A stretch of DNA of 31,978 bases from the IMG/VR virus record IMGVR_UViG_3300042885_000687, positions 1-31,978 of that record; one strand, written 5' to 3'. Under the pieces are notes generated by a model that was not told where the DNA came from, did no database searches, and saw only the letters and a program-made list of their open reading frames with translations. Within the stretch, counting starts at the first letter, position 1. Every line of letters begins with the position of its first letter. Below, piece by piece: positions 1-8,801 of the stretch. This stretch comes from a virus (lineage: Duplodnaviria > Caudoviricetes). Made by a program: the position numbers and the translations under genes.

Positions 1-71
1 CCTTTTTGTATGTCTTTACTGGTCATTACACATTTGACATTGAATAAATTGTTATTTACTATTAACTCCAT
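1..71 (-). CDS. 5' part of a minus-strand gene running off the window (MELIVNNNLFNVKCVMTSKDIQK...), possibly a DUF192-like protein
   Basis: ATG at 71-69 on the minus strand and an open frame to position 1. TATTTATA lies 5 nt upstream on the same strand. The family guess rests on only 23 residues. Confidence 0.5.
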   Translation of the reverse strand, partial: MELIVNNNLFNVKCVMTSKDIQK

Positions 72-76
72 ATACT

Positions 77-84
77 TATAAATA
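77..84 (-). promoter_or_regulatory. TATTTATA motif (putative phage late-type promoter) in a divergent intergenic gap
   Basis: Reads TATAAATA on + and TATTTATA on -. The same motif precedes several other genes in the window. Confidence 0.5.
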
Positions 85-94
85 TATTCTTATA

Positions 95-505
95 ATGAAA
101 TCAGATAGAAGTTCAGGTGTAATATTGAAATATGGTAAAAAAGTTTTGTTATGTAAACGAGCTGATCATGAAACTTATGCGGGAAAATGGTTTATTCCTT
201 CAGGTCATTTGGAGAAAAATGAAACCCCAAAAGAATGTGCTTATCGTGAATTTTATGAGGAGACAAATATTAAGATTGAGGAGGAAATAAGTTTAGTTGG
301 TTTCATTACAAAGAAAGATGATGAAGGTAAGACAAAAGGATTAATATATGTTTATTTATATGAATCGGATGAAAAAACTTTACCTAATTTAGATAAGGCT
401 GAAGATGGTCACGAACATTCAGATTGTGGATTTTTTACGTTAGATGACCTACCACTTGATGAAAATGATGAATTATACAAAATTTTAACAAAAATTTTAT
501 CTTAA
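95..505 (+). CDS. Nudix hydrolase
   Basis: Nudix box GHLEKNETPKECAYREFYEETNI (Gx5Ex7REUxEExGU-like), preceded by W-x-x-P-S-G. Confidence 0.92.
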   Translation: MKSDRSSGVILKYGKKVLLCKRADHETYAGKWFIPSGHLEKNETPKECAYREFYEETNIKIEEEISLVGFITKKDDEGKTKGLIYVYLYESDEKTLPNLDKAEDGHEHSDCGFFTLDDLPLDENDELYKILTKILS

Positions 506-518
506 ATGTAAAAAATTA

Positions 519-549
519 TTGACTTTTACTAAACTATTGTATATTTATA
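519..549 (+). promoter_or_regulatory. putative promoter: TTGACT, 17 nt, TATTTATA
   Basis: TTGACT at 519-524 and TATTTATA at 542-549. Confidence 0.5.
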
Positions 550-551
550 TT

Positions 552-645
552 ACACAAAAAACAACCAATACCCTTCCTTTCTACGAACAAATTGGTTTAT
601 CAATACTAATCCCATAGTTTTTGAGAAAAAAGTATGGGATTTTTT
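552..645 (+). ncRNA. candidate ~90-nt small RNA of two hairpins
   Basis: Lies between a promoter motif and an intrinsic terminator with no ORF inside. AACCAAT (563-569) pairs with ATTGGTT (591-597). Confidence 0.4.
608..645 (+). terminator. intrinsic terminator
   Basis: AATCCCATA (608-616) pairs with TATGGGATT (633-641), followed by a T run. Confidence 0.7.
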
Positions 646-666
646 ATGCCGTGTCATTTTTATTTG

Positions 667-674
667 TATATTTG
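667..674 (+). promoter_or_regulatory. Bacteroidota-type -7 promoter element TATATTTG
   Basis: Matches TAnnTTTG, lies just after a terminator and 16 nt before ATG 691. Confidence 0.65.
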
Positions 675-690
675 TAGAAATAAGAAACAT

Positions 691-882
691 ATGAGCTCAA
701 TTCCTTTATACATTGTTGTTAATAGCCACCTAAGTGATTCACTAATTGAGATAGGGTTTAACCCTGAATTAGCAAGTCAAAGAATTCGTTTTGTTAAAGT
801 TTTAACAAATATGTTTTCTGATCTTAGTCAGAGAATTGAGGAGGATGAATTAAATCGTATTTGGAAAGAAAAAATAAACTAA
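691..882 (+). CDS. hypothetical protein, 63 aa (start revised from 634 to 691)
   Basis: ATG 634 lies inside the terminator hairpin, whereas ATG 691 follows the promoter and an A-rich leader. Confidence 0.7.
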   Translation: MSSIPLYIVVNSHLSDSLIEIGFNPELASQRIRFVKVLTNMFSDLSQRIEEDELNRIWKEKIN

Positions 883-886
883 AAAC

Positions 887-1219
887 ATGGGAACTTACCT
901 TAACACATTCAAGAAAAAATTCAACAAGAAAGCAACCCTTGATGGACAAGAAGTAATTGTTGGTCAAGCGACATTTCTATGTAGACAAGATTGGTCAGGT
1001 GATTACTCACCATCTGAACGTAGAGAAATAAAAAGAGCTTACGCTTTGACCGATAATGATCAACCTGAATATATTACATTTGATGGCGAATCCGTTTATA
1101 AAAATAATAAAAAAGGTGTTTGGTCTGACGGAAGTGGTTTTTGGTCTGGTATTGACCACGAAAAAGATTTTGTTGGTACGATAAAAAAAGTGGGTAGAAA
1201 ATTTGTAATTGAGAAATAA
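887..1219 (+). CDS. hypothetical protein
   Basis: 110-aa ORF in operon arrangement with an A-rich start context. Confidence 0.75.
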   Translation: MGTYLNTFKKKFNKKATLDGQEVIVGQATFLCRQDWSGDYSPSERREIKRAYALTDNDQPEYITFDGESVYKNNKKGVWSDGSGFWSGIDHEKDFVGTIKKVGRKFVIEK

Positions 1220-1224
1220 TTTAG

Positions 1225-1232
1225 TATCTTTG
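1225..1232 (+). promoter_or_regulatory. -7 element TATCTTTG, leaderless spacing
   Basis: TATCTTTG-ttat-ATG(1237). Confidence 0.7.
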
Positions 1233-1236
1233 TTAT

Positions 1237-1512
1237 ATGAATAAGACAGGTTTTAACATAAAAGTAGTTAGTGATAAATTCGGAGATTTAATCAACGAGA
1301 CATTCATGGATCAGACACAATTCAAAATCTTTTTGAAGATGGTACACGGAGCGTTAGTCTTGAATGAAGACTTAAGTTTCTTCAACGGAGACACATTCTT
1401 GGTTCATATTCCAAGTAAGGTATTGAAAGACTCAATTATCGTAACAAACGTTAAAGAGGTTTCATTAACTGAACAAGTTAAAAGTAAGATTGAGGCTTTG
1501 GTAACTAAATAA
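1237..1512 (+). CDS. hypothetical protein
   Basis: 91-aa ORF with its own promoter and a downstream terminator. Confidence 0.75.
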   Translation: MNKTGFNIKVVSDKFGDLINETFMDQTQFKIFLKMVHGALVLNEDLSFFNGDTFLVHIPSKVLKDSIIVTNVKEVSLTEQVKSKIEALVTK

Positions 1513-1574
1513 TTGTTTCCTTGTTTAGAAAAACAAGGTGGTGGAGTCAGACATATCCATGTCGGGCCTAAAAT

Positions 1575-1597
1575 GGGAACTTCGGTTCCCTTTTTTT
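1575..1597 (+). terminator. intrinsic terminator
   Basis: GGGAAC-TTCG-GTTCCC followed by T7, with a C(UUCG)G tetraloop. Confidence 0.9.
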
Positions 1598-1620
1598 ATT
1601 TATTTTTTATTGTTTGGTTA

Positions 1621-1628
1621 TATTTATA
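1621..1628 (+). promoter_or_regulatory. TATTTATA putative late-type promoter
   Basis: Follows a terminator and precedes ATG 1658. Confidence 0.6.
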
Positions 1629-1657
1629 TAATAAAATAAATTAGAGAAACAAGATAT

Positions 1658-1870
1658 ATGTTAACTAAATTAAAATTAACGGAAAGTGAAATAAGAGATA
1701 TCTTAAGTAAACATGGTGTAAAATCTAATGTTATATCTGAGCAAACTCAAAATTATACAACTTTGGATATACAGAATTGGTTAAATTCTAATAAAAAGGC
1801 AGGATTAGATCCTGATGGTAAAATAGGACCTTTAACTCTTAAGGCCATAAAAAACGCTTTAATGGGGTAA
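1658..1870 (+). CDS. small protein with an LTE leader and a peptidoglycan-binding (PGBD-like) motif
   Basis: IQNWLN...GLDPDGKIGPLTLKAI matches the LQxxL...DGxxGxxTxxA pattern. N-terminus is KLKLTESEIRDIL. Confidence 0.7.
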   Translation: MLTKLKLTESEIRDILSKHGVKSNVISEQTQNYTTLDIQNWLNSNKKAGLDPDGKIGPLTLKAIKNALMG

Positions 1871-1873
1871 GAT

Positions 1874-3877
1874 ATGAAAAAAATTACAGATAGTTTTATA
1901 AAGAAAATCGTTAGACAAAGTCTTAACGAAAATTACGGTTTATTAAATGAGGAAGGCGGAACATATAGTTATGTATTAACTAAAGATTATGGTAAAGCAC
2001 CAAGAATCCTAAAAAAGGGAACTATAATAACAAACTTAACAATTCCTGAGTGTCCTGAAGGGGGATTCTGTTATAGTAATCTTGGTATGGCGGAAAGTAT
2101 ACGTAAAAATTTCTCAAATAAAAATCTTATTATCAAAGGTTGTGATAATAAAGTGGTTAAAATGGGTGTACCAACTCTCCCAACAAGTAAAATCGTAGAT
2201 ATAAAAAATCTTTTAATGAATGAATTAAGTGAAAGTTTTATTAATTACGAAACGGTAAAATCACAGATCCAAAAATTAACTGACTGGCCAACTTTTTGTG
2301 CCGCATATCGTGAGTCAAAAAAAACTCAGAATATGCCTCTTGGGTTTATTGGTACTAGTGATTTTAACACCAATAGATCAAATGGGGGTGTAGGTGATTA
2401 TGGTATTGAAAATGATGATCAGGGTGATAGAAATGATTATTATTCATTTATAGCCATTTTGTTTGATAATTCACTTGAAATAAGTAAAGAAGGTATTGAG
2501 GTGTGGAAACAAGATCTAGCAAAAAACGCTAAAATACTTATTGATAAAAAGATTGAAGATAAAACCAAAGCTGAACAAGCGAAAAAAGATGAGGAAGAAA
2601 GAAAGAAAAAAATTGGTGGTGGATCATCATCTTGGGTTGGTTTTGAAGCGATAACTGAACATCCGGCTTTAGGTACAAATGAGGTTATTACTACATCAGA
2701 AGGTGATGCTTCTGTTTATAGTTTAAGAACTGGCAATCCAAATTATGATAAGTTCTTATATGGTATAATAGTAAGAAAGGACGATGGTACAGTACAACCA
2801 GTTAAGTTTAGAACTGACGATAAAACAAACCCAATTCCAATAGACATAGAAACTGACGTTCCAATTAAATGGGCGGTTGGTAAGGATGATGTATGGAAAT
2901 ATAATGACGTTATATTAAGTGAGGATGGTAAAAATATTGCATTAACAACTAATCCTAATCTTGAGAATCCATTCCTACAAAATGAAAGTTTTAATCGTAA
3001 AGGATTTAGATATGACTTATTAACCGAGGCTCCAAACCCAACGACTACAACAACAACTACTGTTGTTACACCTCCTGTTTTTGAATTATCGTTGGTTAAA
3101 AAATCTAAAGGGCCTGACGTTAAATTAATCCAACAAAAATTAGGTATTGATGATGATAGTAAATTTGGGACTGACACCGATACCGCAGTAAAAGCATTCC
3201 AAGAAAAATATAAAACTAAATTACCTAACGCAACACCAGGTGTTGTTGATCAAGCTACATTTGATTTAATTAAATCGTTAAAAGGTAGTGGATCAAGAAA
3301 AGTTTACTCAGGTGCTAAAACTAACTACAAAGTTAATGATTGGATATACGTTAAACCAAATAAAGGGTTGGAAGGTGATTTATTGGCGGAGAAAAAGTAC
3401 TTTAAAATTATTAGTATTACGCCTGATCGTTATACTATCGTGTTAGATTTACCAAAAGATGCGACTGATTTTGCTATCGATACTGTTGGTGGTGTAACCG
3501 CTAAACTTGTATTTGGTCGTGACGCTGAAGGTGAATCACAAACTATTAATATTAGTAGTGATCAGGATGGAAGTGAATCTGAAGGTGGTGAATCTGAAGG
3601 TGGAAAAGGTAAAAGAAATCAAGTAAGTACTGGAGGTACCGTAGATTCTGAAACCCAAAGAAGACGAGATATACGTAAAAAAGAAACTTGTGATACACTA
3701 AGACAAATTAAACAATATTTAAATAACACCAAAGGATTGAGTATGACGGTTAATTGTAAATGGAATCAAGAAATACGTGACCAAGTTATGATGGCTCTTA
3801 CGGGAGGAAGTCCGGCACCAATACAAGAACCTGGTGTTAATGTACAACCTGTACCTGTAACCGATAAGTTATTTTAA
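1874..3877 (+). CDS. 667-aa multidomain protein with a PGBD-like domain, probably virion-associated
   Basis: KGPDVKLIQQKLGIDDDSKFGTDTDTAVKAFQ...GVVDQAT is PGBD-like. It also has a Thr-rich linker and N-terminal SLNE/LLNE motifs. Confidence 0.7.
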   Translation: MKKITDSFIKKIVRQSLNENYGLLNEEGGTYSYVLTKDYGKAPRILKKGTIITNLTIPECPEGGFCYSNLGMAESIRKNFSNKNLIIKGCDNKVVKMGVPTLPTSKIVDIKNLLMNELSESFINYETVKSQIQKLTDWPTFCAAYRESKKTQNMPLGFIGTSDFNTNRSNGGVGDYGIENDDQGDRNDYYSFIAILFDNSLEISKEGIEVWKQDLAKNAKILIDKKIEDKTKAEQAKKDEEERKKKIGGGSSSWVGFEAITEHPALGTNEVITTSEGDASVYSLRTGNPNYDKFLYGIIVRKDDGTVQPVKFRTDDKTNPIPIDIETDVPIKWAVGKDDVWKYNDVILSEDGKNIALTTNPNLENPFLQNESFNRKGFRYDLLTEAPNPTTTTTTTVVTPPVFELSLVKKSKGPDVKLIQQKLGIDDDSKFGTDTDTAVKAFQEKYKTKLPNATPGVVDQATFDLIKSLKGSGSRKVYSGAKTNYKVNDWIYVKPNKGLEGDLLAEKKYFKIISITPDRYTIVLDLPKDATDFAIDTVGGVTAKLVFGRDAEGESQTINISSDQDGSESEGGESEGGKGKRNQVSTGGTVDSETQRRRDIRKKETCDTLRQIKQYLNNTKGLSMTVNCKWNQEIRDQVMMALTGGSPAPIQEPGVNVQPVPVTDKLF

Positions 3878-3896
3878 AAAAAACAATAAAGATATT

Positions 3897-3921
3897 AAGG
3901 GAGATTATTCTCCCTTTTTTT
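3897..3921 (+). terminator. intrinsic terminator
   Basis: AAGGGAGA-TTAT-TCTCCCTT followed by a T run. Confidence 0.85.
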
Positions 3922-3955
3922 ATGCCATTTTTTTTGTTAATCCAAATAAAAACCT

Positions 3956-3963
3956 TATATTTG
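3956..3963 (+). promoter_or_regulatory. -7 element TATATTTG, leaderless spacing
   Basis: TATATTTG-tgat-ATG(3968). Confidence 0.7.
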
Positions 3964-3967
3964 TGAT

Positions 3968-4180
3968 ATGAAAGTAACGAAGAAAGAACAATTATTTATG
4001 GAACTCTTGGAAAAAGAAGGAGTTGTTTGGGTTTTTGATTACATTTTTTTTGAAACTAAGGATAAAAAAGGGTATGACAAGGTTATTGGATATAAAGCTT
4101 GGAATATTGCGTATGATTTAATAAAAAAAGGTTTAATAAAAGTTAACCCTGAAAACCCATCAAGTTGGGTAAAAAATTAA
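3968..4180 (+). CDS. hypothetical protein
   Basis: 70-aa ORF directly after the promoter. Confidence 0.7.
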   Translation: MKVTKKEQLFMELLEKEGVVWVFDYIFFETKDKKGYDKVIGYKAWNIAYDLIKKGLIKVNPENPSSWVKN

Positions 4181-4183
4181 GAT

Positions 4184-4585
4184 ATGGAAAAAATATTATA
4201 TATTGTTAGAGGTGTACCTGGTTCGGGTAAATCTACATTTGCAAAATCATTAGGTGGGACTCATTTTGAGACCGACACATTTTTTATGGAGAATGGTGAA
4301 TATAAATTTGATTTTACCAAATTGAAAGAAGCTCATAAATGGTGTCAGGATGGTGTTAATACTGCGATGATTATGAATCACACTGCAAACATTAATAATG
4401 TGATTGTGGTATCCAATACGTTCACACAGGAGTGGGAAATGGAACCATACTTTCAGATGGCAAGTACTTTTGATTACAAAGTATTTTCAATAATTGTTGA
4501 GAACAGACATGGTGGTGTTAATCAACACGGAGTTCCTGAAGATAAGATCCAAATAATGAAAGATAGATTTGAAGTGAAGTTATGA
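4184..4585 (+). CDS. P-loop kinase, AAA_33 / polynucleotide-kinase-like
   Basis: Walker A RGVPGSGKST, plus VSNTF and HGVP motifs typical of N4BP2/PNK-like kinases. Confidence 0.85.
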   Translation: MEKILYIVRGVPGSGKSTFAKSLGGTHFETDTFFMENGEYKFDFTKLKEAHKWCQDGVNTAMIMNHTANINNVIVVSNTFTQEWEMEPYFQMASTFDYKVFSIIVENRHGGVNQHGVPEDKIQIMKDRFEVKL

Positions 4586-5454
4586 GTAGATTAGATAAAT
4601 TAAAAGAACAACATCCTGAATTAAACATTACCCTTATAGATCTTATTGGTATGATAGATCCTACCGATACATATAAATATTCAGAGTTCCTAATCAAAAT
4701 TTTGAAAAATTGGTATGTTAATACGGATATACGATATGGGATTGGAATTGATTTGTTTGGTGAAGAACAGGTTGAATCTTTAAATGAATTTGAAAGACAT
4801 TGTAAGGCAAAAAGAGTTGAAAAAAATGATATTAGTCAACACACTGACTTTAGAAGTTTAAAGGTTGAAGTTGAAAAGGCTAAAGAAATACTCAGATTAA
4901 AGGAGTTGGAAAAACAAACCAAAAAATTATTTGATAATGATGAGTGGTTAGTTATAATTCCTTTAAGTTATGAGGCGTCAAAACTGTACGGTATGGAAAC
5001 AAAGTGGTGTACAACTCAGGAACGTTATTGGAATGATTATATTAGAAAATATAAACTAATTTATGTCATCAATAAAATAACAAATAACAAGTACGCCATA
5101 TCTAGAGATAAAACGGAAGATAAAGATTTAAAGGCTTGGTTATCTGATGATACTGAAACTAGTCCTTTATTGTTACCAATACCTCAAGACTTATGGTCCG
5201 TGATAATGCCTGAATTACAAAAACAAGAATCTGTTACCGATTTAATTGGTGGGGATTTAACTGGAATCATCAACCTAACTTCAGGAAGTTCCGATAGTAT
5301 TGTTGATAGAGTTAGAAGATTGATGGACATTATAGATAGACCAGTTAGTGAACCATATAGAACACAGACAACACATTACCCAAATAATTTAAGTAATTAC
5401 GTTGATTACGATAGTTATATAAGACAATTAAGGGTTGAGGATAACGATTATTAA
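4582..5454 (+). CDS. hypothetical protein with PLxYEASxxYGxxTxWCT motif (paralog of 10439..11458)
   Basis: Shares the motif and N-terminal similarity with the 339-aa ORF. Confidence 0.75.
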   Translation: MSRLDKLKEQHPELNITLIDLIGMIDPTDTYKYSEFLIKILKNWYVNTDIRYGIGIDLFGEEQVESLNEFERHCKAKRVEKNDISQHTDFRSLKVEVEKAKEILRLKELEKQTKKLFDNDEWLVIIPLSYEASKLYGMETKWCTTQERYWNDYIRKYKLIYVINKITNNKYAISRDKTEDKDLKAWLSDDTETSPLLLPIPQDLWSVIMPELQKQESVTDLIGGDLTGIINLTSGSSDSIVDRVRRLMDIIDRPVSEPYRTQTTHYPNNLSNYVDYDSYIRQLRVEDNDY

Positions 5455-5474
5455 GAACCTTAAAATAAAAAAAT

Positions 5475-6128
5475 ATGAAATTTGATAAAATATTAACAAC
5501 AGGTAGAGTGTGGGTTACATCGGATCCACATTACAACCATAAAAACATTTGCCGAGGTGTAACCGATTGGAGAACACAAGATGGTAAAGTACCTGATTGG
5601 AGCACACGAGACTTCCAAACATTAGAACTAATGAACAATACGTTGGTGGATAACATCAACTCAAAAGTTGGTCAAGACGACACTTTAATTATGTTAGGTG
5701 ATGTTGCGTTCGGTGGATTTGAAAATATTAAAATTTTCTTGGACCGTTTGGTATGTAAAAACATTCACTTGGTTTTAGGGAACCACGATCACCACATTAG
5801 AACTAACAGAGAGGGTATTCGAGATATGTTCCTATCGGTTCAGGATTACTTACAGGTTACAATAGATGGCGCTAACTTTGTAATGAGTCACTACCCATTT
5901 GAAAGTTGGAATGGACTTAACAAAGGTGTTATTCACCTTCACGGGCACGTTCACTTACCTGTTGGTAAAAAATGGGGTAAAGGTAAACGATTAGATGTTG
6001 GTGTTGATGGTAATAGTTTATGTCCATATAGTATAACTGAAATTGTTCATATGATGGACAAGAGAGACATTGTATCTGAAATGGATAATGATCACCACCT
6101 AGATGATATAGTTGGGGTTGTGGGTTAA
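5475..6128 (+). CDS. calcineurin-like metallophosphoesterase
   Basis: Motifs SDPH, LGD, GNHD, SHYP and HGHVH in canonical order. Confidence 0.93.
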   Translation: MKFDKILTTGRVWVTSDPHYNHKNICRGVTDWRTQDGKVPDWSTRDFQTLELMNNTLVDNINSKVGQDDTLIMLGDVAFGGFENIKIFLDRLVCKNIHLVLGNHDHHIRTNREGIRDMFLSVQDYLQVTIDGANFVMSHYPFESWNGLNKGVIHLHGHVHLPVGKKWGKGKRLDVGVDGNSLCPYSITEIVHMMDKRDIVSEMDNDHHLDDIVGVVG

Positions 6129-6142
6129 ATTACAACTCCATT

Positions 6143-6150
6143 ATATTTAT
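6143..6150 (+). promoter_or_regulatory. ATATTTAT putative late-type promoter
   Basis: Lies 4 nt upstream of ATG 6155. Confidence 0.55.
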
Positions 6151-6154
6151 TACT

Positions 6155-7384
6155 ATGAAGATTATATTAACAGAAAATCAATATAAGGTACTTAACGAAG
6201 CGTTAGGGGTACCTGAAGGTATTTTAGACGCTGCGTCCGATCTATATGAGATAGTTGGTTATTTCATTAAAGGAATTTACGAAAAAAAAGAAGAATATAT
6301 TTTTAACAGAAGTGTTGATTTAAATATTTCTGATTATCATATTGATTCACTTGATCTTCACGTTCATGTTCATCACATTGATGAGTACGAAGGTAAACCT
6401 GAAATTGCTTCTATGGGTATGGGTCAAAATTTTACATTTAATAGAAAAGTCCAATTAAAGGTACAACTACTAGATAGTGAAATTGAATTACATATAACAT
6501 TTGTTGTTGGTGATGAATGGGAAACTGAAGAATTATATGATAAATTTACGCAAGATCGTGCTGAGACTGAATCAACTTTAGCTCATGAATTAAAACATAA
6601 GTATGATAAACAAAAGAAACAATTTGATCTAATTGGTAATGATGCTACTTATCAAGCTTACTCTAAAACTAATTTAAGATTTGGTGTACCTGAAATTGAC
6701 AATAAGTTTATGAGATATAACTACTTTATGCAAGCGGTTGAAAGTTTGGTTAGACCAACTGAGTTTGCATCTAGAATGAAAAGAAAAGGAATTAAAAAGT
6801 CTCAGTTTTTAGATTTTCTTAAGGAGGATAAGGCATTTAAAGAAATGTTAGATATAAGAAATTATAGTTTTGATCAATTTATAGATGGTTTAAAAAAACA
6901 AATGGATAGGGTGGATGGATTACTTAAACATATGGGTCATTTCAATGAAAATATGTCTGAAGACGAAAAGATCAATTTATTTTTAAAATTAGTTTATGTG
7001 AACTTGGTGAATAATAAGATTGAATTATTTGATCAGATGACATCATCGCCTTTAGACTCTCTTAGATCTTTATTTAATAGTACGTTTGGGTCAGGAATAC
7101 TTCCAAAAGACGAAGAAGAGAAAAATTTAGATTTAGTACGAAAAAAATATATTAATTACTTGATAAGGTATGAAAATAATCCTATTAAATTCTTTGAGGA
7201 TAGATGTGAACAACTATCATATGATGCAAACAAAATTATTAAAAAAATAGGTAAACTTTACGCAATGGCAGAAGACGATCAACCAATGAATGAGTCAATC
7301 ATCAATTGGGAATTACATCAACAACTGATGGAAAAAAAATACGGTAAAACTAAAATAGAGACCAAGTTCAATTTCAAAAAATAG
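6155..7384 (+). CDS. LTE-leader protein with HExxH motif (putative zincin metallopeptidase)
   Basis: N-terminus MKIILTENQYKVLNEA and STLAHELKH, with downstream Glu residues (VESLVRPTE). Confidence 0.6.
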   Translation: MKIILTENQYKVLNEALGVPEGILDAASDLYEIVGYFIKGIYEKKEEYIFNRSVDLNISDYHIDSLDLHVHVHHIDEYEGKPEIASMGMGQNFTFNRKVQLKVQLLDSEIELHITFVVGDEWETEELYDKFTQDRAETESTLAHELKHKYDKQKKQFDLIGNDATYQAYSKTNLRFGVPEIDNKFMRYNYFMQAVESLVRPTEFASRMKRKGIKKSQFLDFLKEDKAFKEMLDIRNYSFDQFIDGLKKQMDRVDGLLKHMGHFNENMSEDEKINLFLKLVYVNLVNNKIELFDQMTSSPLDSLRSLFNSTFGSGILPKDEEEKNLDLVRKKYINYLIRYENNPIKFFEDRCEQLSYDANKIIKKIGKLYAMAEDDQPMNESIINWELHQQLMEKKYGKTKIETKFNFKK

Positions 7385-7427
7385 ATTAACGGGTTCACAT
7401 ATCGGGATTTATTATTATCATTCCAAT

Positions 7428-7793
7428 ATGAGACTTTTAATTTTATCAATATCGTTTTTAATGATGTCATTTATTGGTGACCAAAAAATCTATAAAGGTA
7501 CGGCAACTTACTATGGTCAAAACTATAATGGACGAAGAACCGCATCAGGTGAGATATTCCATAGAGATAGTTTAATTGCTGCCCATAAAACATTCAAATT
7601 CGGAACAATAGTTAAGGTTACAAATCTTATAAATGACTCTGTAAGGTATGTGAAAATAAATGATAGATTACCTAAATCTTCTAAACACATAATTGATCTT
7701 TCGTATGGTACTGCCAAACAATTAGATTTCATACGTAAAGGTGTTATTCCGGTATCAATTGAGATAGTAGATACTGTCCAAATTAAAAAATAA
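7428..7793 (+). CDS. rlpA: RlpA-like double-psi beta-barrel protein (lytic transglycosylase family)
   Basis: GTATYYG...GRRTASGE...AAHKT...GTIVKVTN...INDR...IIDLS, with a hydrophobic signal peptide. Confidence 0.9.
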   Translation: MRLLILSISFLMMSFIGDQKIYKGTATYYGQNYNGRRTASGEIFHRDSLIAAHKTFKFGTIVKVTNLINDSVRYVKINDRLPKSSKHIIDLSYGTAKQLDFIRKGVIPVSIEIVDTVQIKK

Positions 7794-7817
7794 TTTTTTT
7801 TATTAGAAAAGTTTTCT

Positions 7818-7825
7818 TATCTTTG
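7818..7825 (+). promoter_or_regulatory. -7 element TATCTTTG, leaderless spacing
   Basis: TATCTTTG-ttct-ATG(7830). Confidence 0.7.
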
Positions 7826-7829
7826 TTCT

Positions 7830-8057
7830 ATGTGGACAACTAAAGAAACTAAAAGAGAATATCGTGGTATTGAAATCGTCAAATATGAAGGTTCCAAAGT
7901 AAAAGATTTTTTTAGAAAAAGAGACCCACGAACATTTCAAAGTGGAGATAGTAAGTTCACCAAATGGCATTCCTATGAAGTAAACATTGATGGTGTTAAA
8001 TACGATTTCAATAGATTGAAGGATGTAAAAGAATTTATTGATTCAAAGTTAAAATGA
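7830..8057 (+). CDS. hypothetical protein
   Basis: 75-aa ORF after the promoter, with ATGA overlap to the next gene. Confidence 0.7.
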   Translation: MWTTKETKREYRGIEIVKYEGSKVKDFFRKRDPRTFQSGDSKFTKWHSYEVNIDGVKYDFNRLKDVKEFIDSKLK

Positions 8058-8245
8058 AAAAACCATGTAAAGAGTGTCCACACTCTATTCGTAATCGTCA
8101 TAATGATATGATTGTTGAGTTTGGTCGTAGGACTGGTAAACGACATAATTGTCACATGACTGAGGGTAAAAAAGATTTGTGGAATGTTACAGATAAAAAA
8201 TTAGAATGTTATGGATCAAAGAGAGATAATTTACGGAGTGTGTGA
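8054..8245 (+). CDS. small Cys/His-rich, putative metal-binding protein
   Basis: PCKECPH...HNCHM...ECYG. Confidence 0.65.
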   Translation: MKKPCKECPHSIRNRHNDMIVEFGRRTGKRHNCHMTEGKKDLWNVTDKKLECYGSKRDNLRSV

Positions 8246-8432
8246 TAAGACGGGATCCTGTGACTCCTATTTCGGATTCTTCAAAACCAAAGAAGATGCG
8301 GAACACGAAGTTGAAACTCAGGCTAACAGACTTAAGGAAGATTTGGGTATGATGGATATTGATATTCAAAAGGACCGAGCATTAGTTAATGGTAAATTGG
8401 TAGTGGTAATTCATTCATACGTATTAAGATGA
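8211..8432 (+). CDS. hypothetical protein
   Basis: 73-aa ORF overlapping its neighbours in an operon. Confidence 0.65.
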   Translation: MDQREIIYGVCDKTGSCDSYFGFFKTKEDAEHEVETQANRLKEDLGMMDIDIQKDRALVNGKLVVVIHSYVLR

Positions 8433-8788
8433 GAAAGATAGAAACTAAATTTGGAACCTATATGGAAAGAAAAAATGACCCTACAAAATTGACTGGCGAT
8501 AAGATCAAAGTATTTGTAGAAAGACTGAAAAAAATTGGAATCGAAGTTAAACTTGTAGGTAACTACCCGTGGGTTTATATTGATGAAATCTGTGGTATTA
8601 AAGTAAAAGAAAGGTTTGAGGGTAATCATGGGTTTACCTTGATATTTCTACCTGTTAGAAATGACAGTCCACCATCAGAGTTTACGGACATTACGGAAAT
8701 CTTCAAACTTATACGAAAGTATAGTAGAGAAGCGTTATTAATTCAGATGATGAGGGATTCTGAAAAAGATGGATTGTATGATATTTAA
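8429..8788 (+). CDS. hypothetical protein
   Basis: 119-aa ORF with ATGA overlap and a GNYPWVYID motif. Confidence 0.7.
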   Translation: MRKIETKFGTYMERKNDPTKLTGDKIKVFVERLKKIGIEVKLVGNYPWVYIDEICGIKVKERFEGNHGFTLIFLPVRNDSPPSEFTDITEIFKLIRKYSREALLIQMMRDSEKDGLYDI

Positions 8789-8801
8789 AAAATTATAAAA
8801 A

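Noticed and set aside
634-690. ORF-track N-terminal extensions at 634, 11760 and 19813
   Set aside because: They run through a terminator, a promoter or the upstream gene. The downstream ATGs at 691, 11823 and 19912 fit better.
1536-1570. tRNA or tmRNA fragment (minus strand reads ...GACTCCACCA)
   Set aside because: There is no T-loop (TTCRA) or cloverleaf. No tRNA gene was recognised anywhere in the window.
3574-3603. 15-bp tandem duplication encoding ESEGG twice, and the nearby poly-Thr run at about 3041-3061
   Set aside because: Ordinary low-complexity linker slippage.
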